From the sequence record PZ452598.1: 64,000 nt of DNA, one strand, 5' to 3'. The DNA comes from a phage. The notes beneath the pieces are model-generated. The model was not told the origin of the DNA. It saw nothing but the letters and a program-made list of their open reading frames with translations, and did no database searches. The position numbers were made by a program, and so were the translations under genes. This document shows, piece after piece, positions 61,280-64,000 of the stretch; the first letter of the stretch is position 1; each line of letters starts with the position of its first letter.

Positions 61280-61623
61280 CTAGTACTCAATCCTCGATTA
61301 TAAGAATCTACCAAACGGTCAACCATTGAATGACAAGCGGCTTTATCTTTCTCCTCCGCAACTGAACATTCTAAGGTATTCCACTTTTTAGCATATCGTT
61401 TTAACAATGTATCGTTTTTGTATCTGCTTGATTTATCTCTTTCTCCGTCTTTATATGCATATATTAATTTCTGTGCAAATTCAGCTTGGCATGCCTTATT
61501 TTTCCCACAATAATCTGCCGCAGTGCGGTTTACATATTCTCTAATTTCAGTATATGATGTATCTGCTGACGCAGAAGCAGAAAATGAAATTAATCCTATA
61601 CATAAAACCAAAATTTTAGTCAT
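61276..61623 (-). CDS. secreted hypothetical protein (115 aa)
   Basis: Cleavable signal peptide MTKILVLCIGLISFSASASA. Confidence 0.55.
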   Translation of the reverse strand: MTKILVLCIGLISFSASASADTSYTEIREYVNRTAADYCGKNKACQAEFAQKLIYAYKDGERDKSSRYKNDTLLKRYAKKWNTLECSVAEEKDKAACHSMVDRLVDSYNRGLSTR

Positions 61624-62161
61624 TTACTATTTCCAAAAGTTTATTATTTTTAAGGTAATTAGCCTTTTCTAGGACTTCAGAAGCATATTTAGAACCTGCT
61701 TTAACATTCCATCCCGAATTATAAGAGGATATTGCTTTTCTTATATCGCCCTTATGTATATTTAACCAATAAGAAAGTTCAATGTACGCCCAGGAAGCTG
61801 AATTGGATCGTTTATTCAACATTCTTTTTATTTCAGCATCGGTCATATTATAACCAAGTTCCTTAACTCTTGCTCGCATAGTAGGCAAATAATTTTGGAA
61901 CATTCCGTAGGCGTGATGCTTTGGTTTAGATTTTAAATTAACTCCGCCAGAGCTTTCTTGCCATAAAATGGCAGCCATTATATGACCTAATCCGCTCTTG
62001 TGGATATTTTTGTGTGTTTTATATTTTCCATCCTTAGAAAATTGTTCCCCGAATTGATACGCGTAACGCATGTTATCGAGTTGGACATTACTGAAAGTAT
62101 GCTCGGAGCTATGTGCCATCATTGAAATGGCCAATAGACCAGCGAGTAGTGCTTTTCTCAT
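61616..62161 (-). CDS. secreted lytic-transglycosylase-like protein (181 aa)
   Basis: Signal peptide plus SLT-type catalytic segment ILWQESSGG. Confidence 0.55.
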   Translation of the reverse strand: MRKALLAGLLAISMMAHSSEHTFSNVQLDNMRYAYQFGEQFSKDGKYKTHKNIHKSGLGHIMAAILWQESSGGVNLKSKPKHHAYGMFQNYLPTMRARVKELGYNMTDAEIKRMLNKRSNSASWAYIELSYWLNIHKGDIRKAISSYNSGWNVKAGSKYASEVLEKANYLKNNKLLEIVND

Positions 62162-62168
62162 GCTTACC

Positions 62169-62630
62169 TCATTGAGTTTTAATTACTGCTTTAGAAGCCT
62201 TTCCTGGTAAACGACGACTGTTGATAATTGCCATCCTACATTGAAGTGACGGGTCTTTGAACTTCTCGTTAGGTTTACAAACTGTAAATCCAAGCCAAAG
62301 ATTTCCATCTGTGATTTCTAAACGTCCAGGACGATATTCAACCCCATCAATAAAATCCTCGTCAATGTCAGGACGCGGAGGCATACTCAGGAATTCATTA
62401 ACTTCTAAAACATGGTCTTTTATTTTATGGAATAATTCAAAAACGTATGTCTCATCAATCTCCCGTTGAATTGCGCGATCAAGAAGATGTTGAGAATATT
62501 TTAGATGAAACGATGAGACTCCTGCTGCTTTTGATGCCTCACGAATCTCATTGTTAATTTGACGAAACTCCGACTCAAAGTGACGACGAAGCTTATTTCG
62601 ACGGATAAAAACTTCTGTATTGATAGTCAT
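62169..62630 (-). CDS. regB: endoribonuclease RegB (153 aa)
   Basis: 153-aa ORF; length and sequence match recalled T4 RegB. Confidence 0.75.
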   Translation of the reverse strand: MTINTEVFIRRNKLRRHFESEFRQINNEIREASKAAGVSSFHLKYSQHLLDRAIQREIDETYVFELFHKIKDHVLEVNEFLSMPPRPDIDEDFIDGVEYRPGRLEITDGNLWLGFTVCKPNEKFKDPSLQCRMAIINSRRLPGKASKAVIKTQ

Positions 62631-62655
62631 GTTATTCTCCTCTTAACTGATAGAA

Positions 62656-62689
62656 AAATTATACCACAGTCAAGAGGAAAAGTAAACAG
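62656..62689 (-). promoter_or_regulatory. early promoter for regB (-35 GTTTAC 62682-62687, -10 TATAAT 62658-62663)
   Basis: Consensus early promoter on minus strand. Confidence 0.55.
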
Positions 62690-63010
62690 TTATTCTTTAA
62701 ATCTAATCAATTTATTCATAGACTTTGAAACTTCGGCACGAACCTCATGTAGATTTTTGAGCTGTTCAAGACGCTGCGTATAGTAAGCAATTTCATCTTC
62801 TTCGAGACAGTCCTGCGAATCTTCTTTAAGATAACGTGCATAGTCCTGGAAAGCGTTACGGACTACTTCCTGGAAGTCATCAAGACTTTGAATTTTCTTA
62901 GGAGCAACAGATACACGACGAGGGGCAGTATAATACTCATAACCAAACCCTGCGCTTAATTGAGCCATTAGTATTTTTCCTCTGGTTGGAACACTGCACG
63001 ACAAGCCCAC
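62690..63010 (-). CDS. hypothetical protein (106 aa)
   Basis: ORF track. Confidence 0.5.
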   Translation of the reverse strand: MGLSCSVPTRGKILMAQLSAGFGYEYYTAPRRVSVAPKKIQSLDDFQEVVRNAFQDYARYLKEDSQDCLEEDEIAYYTQRLEQLKNLHEVRAEVSKSMNKLIRFKE

Positions 63011-63270
63011 ATACTGGCTTCTTTGAGTTTCGTTTTAGCAATAGTTAACTGATCGAGACTTTCAGCATAATTCTTCGCGAATTCACAGTCTTCGCAATTA
63101 TCTAGTGCTTCCCAGAATTCATCATATAAAGCATCAAAGATAAGTCCTAAACGAACTTCAGCGTCTTTAATAGCATTTACTTTACCGATTTTCTCTTCAG
63201 TATGTGGTTTATAACCCTTAATATCTTCAATCATATTTGACTTCCTCACCAGTACATAAATCGTATTCAA
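62968..63270 (-). CDS. hypothetical protein (100 aa)
   Basis: ORF track. Confidence 0.5.
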   Translation of the reverse strand: MNTIYVLVRKSNMIEDIKGYKPHTEEKIGKVNAIKDAEVRLGLIFDALYDEFWEALDNCEDCEFAKNYAESLDQLTIAKTKLKEASMWACRAVFQPEEKY

Positions 63271-63448
63271 CTAAACGAATAGGTTCATGAATGCCATAGC
63301 CTTGAACAGAAATTTCTGTCGTAGGATAAATTCCATCAATATCACCCATATTCCACGCTTCATTAAATTGCTGTTCGCCTGAGTTACTAAACCACTCGGC
63401 GAAAGCATTTAGCACATCTTCAGAACCTTCAATAATTATCTTTGCCAT
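63227..63448 (-). CDS. hypothetical protein (73 aa)
   Basis: ORF track. Confidence 0.45.
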   Translation of the reverse strand: MAKIIIEGSEDVLNAFAEWFSNSGEQQFNEAWNMGDIDGIYPTTEISVQGYGIHEPIRLVEYDLCTGEEVKYD

Positions 63449-63810
63449 TACAAACTTTCAGTAAAGGTACGAGCGATAACGTCGCGCTGCTGTTCCGGAG
63501 TCAGAGAGTTAAAGCGAACTGCATAACCGGATACACGGATGGTCAGCTGCGGATATTTTTCCGGATGCTTAACTGCATCTTCCAGAGTTTCACGACGCAG
63601 AACGTTAACGTTCAGGTGTTGACCACCTTCAATTTTAACTGTAGGTTGTGGCTCAATTTCAATTTCACGGGCATGCAAACCATAGAAAATTTCTGGGTCT
63701 ACAAAAGAGTCCTCTTTAAAGGTTTTAGAGACAATAATTCGTGCTTGAATACCATCTTCAAAATAAATAGTACCTTTATGTGTGCCTTCAAGAATTTGAT
63801 ATGCTTTCAT
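63448..63810 (-). CDS. autonomous glycyl-radical cofactor (GrcA/YfiD-like, 120 aa)
   Basis: C-terminal glycyl radical motif RVSGYAVRF and PFL-type tail; GC-rich 3-prime half. Confidence 0.85.
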   Translation of the reverse strand: MKAYQILEGTHKGTIYFEDGIQARIIVSKTFKEDSFVDPEIFYGLHAREIEIEPQPTVKIEGGQHLNVNVLRRETLEDAVKHPEKYPQLTIRVSGYAVRFNSLTPEQQRDVIARTFTESL

Positions 63811-63817
63811 ATAAACC

Positions 63818-64000
63818 TCAATTAGAAAATAAATTTATCCAAGATTGTTCTTTAATTAAAAATGGCTCAGAATCATATGCCATTAAACTTTGCGTAATTA
63901 ATCCTTTAAAAGGTCCATCAATAAATTCCATGGTAAAATATGGAATTTTATTCATTAGCCGTGCATTAGGAGCAGTGCACAAAACTCTGCATCCTTTGAA
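63818..64000 (-). CDS. hypothetical protein, partial: stop at 63818-63820, start beyond window end
   Basis: Open frame ...[49 protein letters not shown]. Confidence 0.5.
   Translation of the reverse strand, partial: FKGCRVLCTAPNARLMNKIPYFTMEFIDGPFKGLITQSLMAYDSEPFLIKEQSWINLFSN

Overview
This window is an AT-rich, gene-dense segment of a T4-type myovirus (Tevenvirinae), with about 110 ORFs almost all on the minus strand. Gene order, product lengths and motifs match, from memory, the phage T4 early and DNA-metabolism region: motA, 52, ac, stp, ndd, denB, the rII locus, gene 60 with its 50-nt translational bypass, mobA, 39, motB, dexA, dda, srd, modA/modB, soc, segF, 56, dam, 61, sp, dmd, 41, uvsX, segA, beta-gt, 42, imm, 43, regA, 62/44/45, rpbA, 46/47, alpha-gt, 55, nrdH/nrdG/mobD/nrdD (group I intron carrying I-TevII), 49, nrdC, rI, tk and regB. 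No rRNA, tRNA or CRISPR array was found. Non-coding signals include minus-strand early promoters (GTTTAC -35), a few late promoters (TATAAATA), and many UUCG-tetraloop hairpins. The main anomaly is the rII locus: one 475-aa ORF plus a 64-aa ORF where rIIA (about 725 aa) and rIIB (about 312 aa) are expected, consistent with a ~1.5-1.7 kb deletion or fusion. Other items worth a second look are a TARG1/DarG-like macrodomain gene, a GC-rich host-like GrcA module, four tandem coiled-coil paralogs, and a lone plus-strand membrane ORF. All gene names are from recall of T4, not from a database search.
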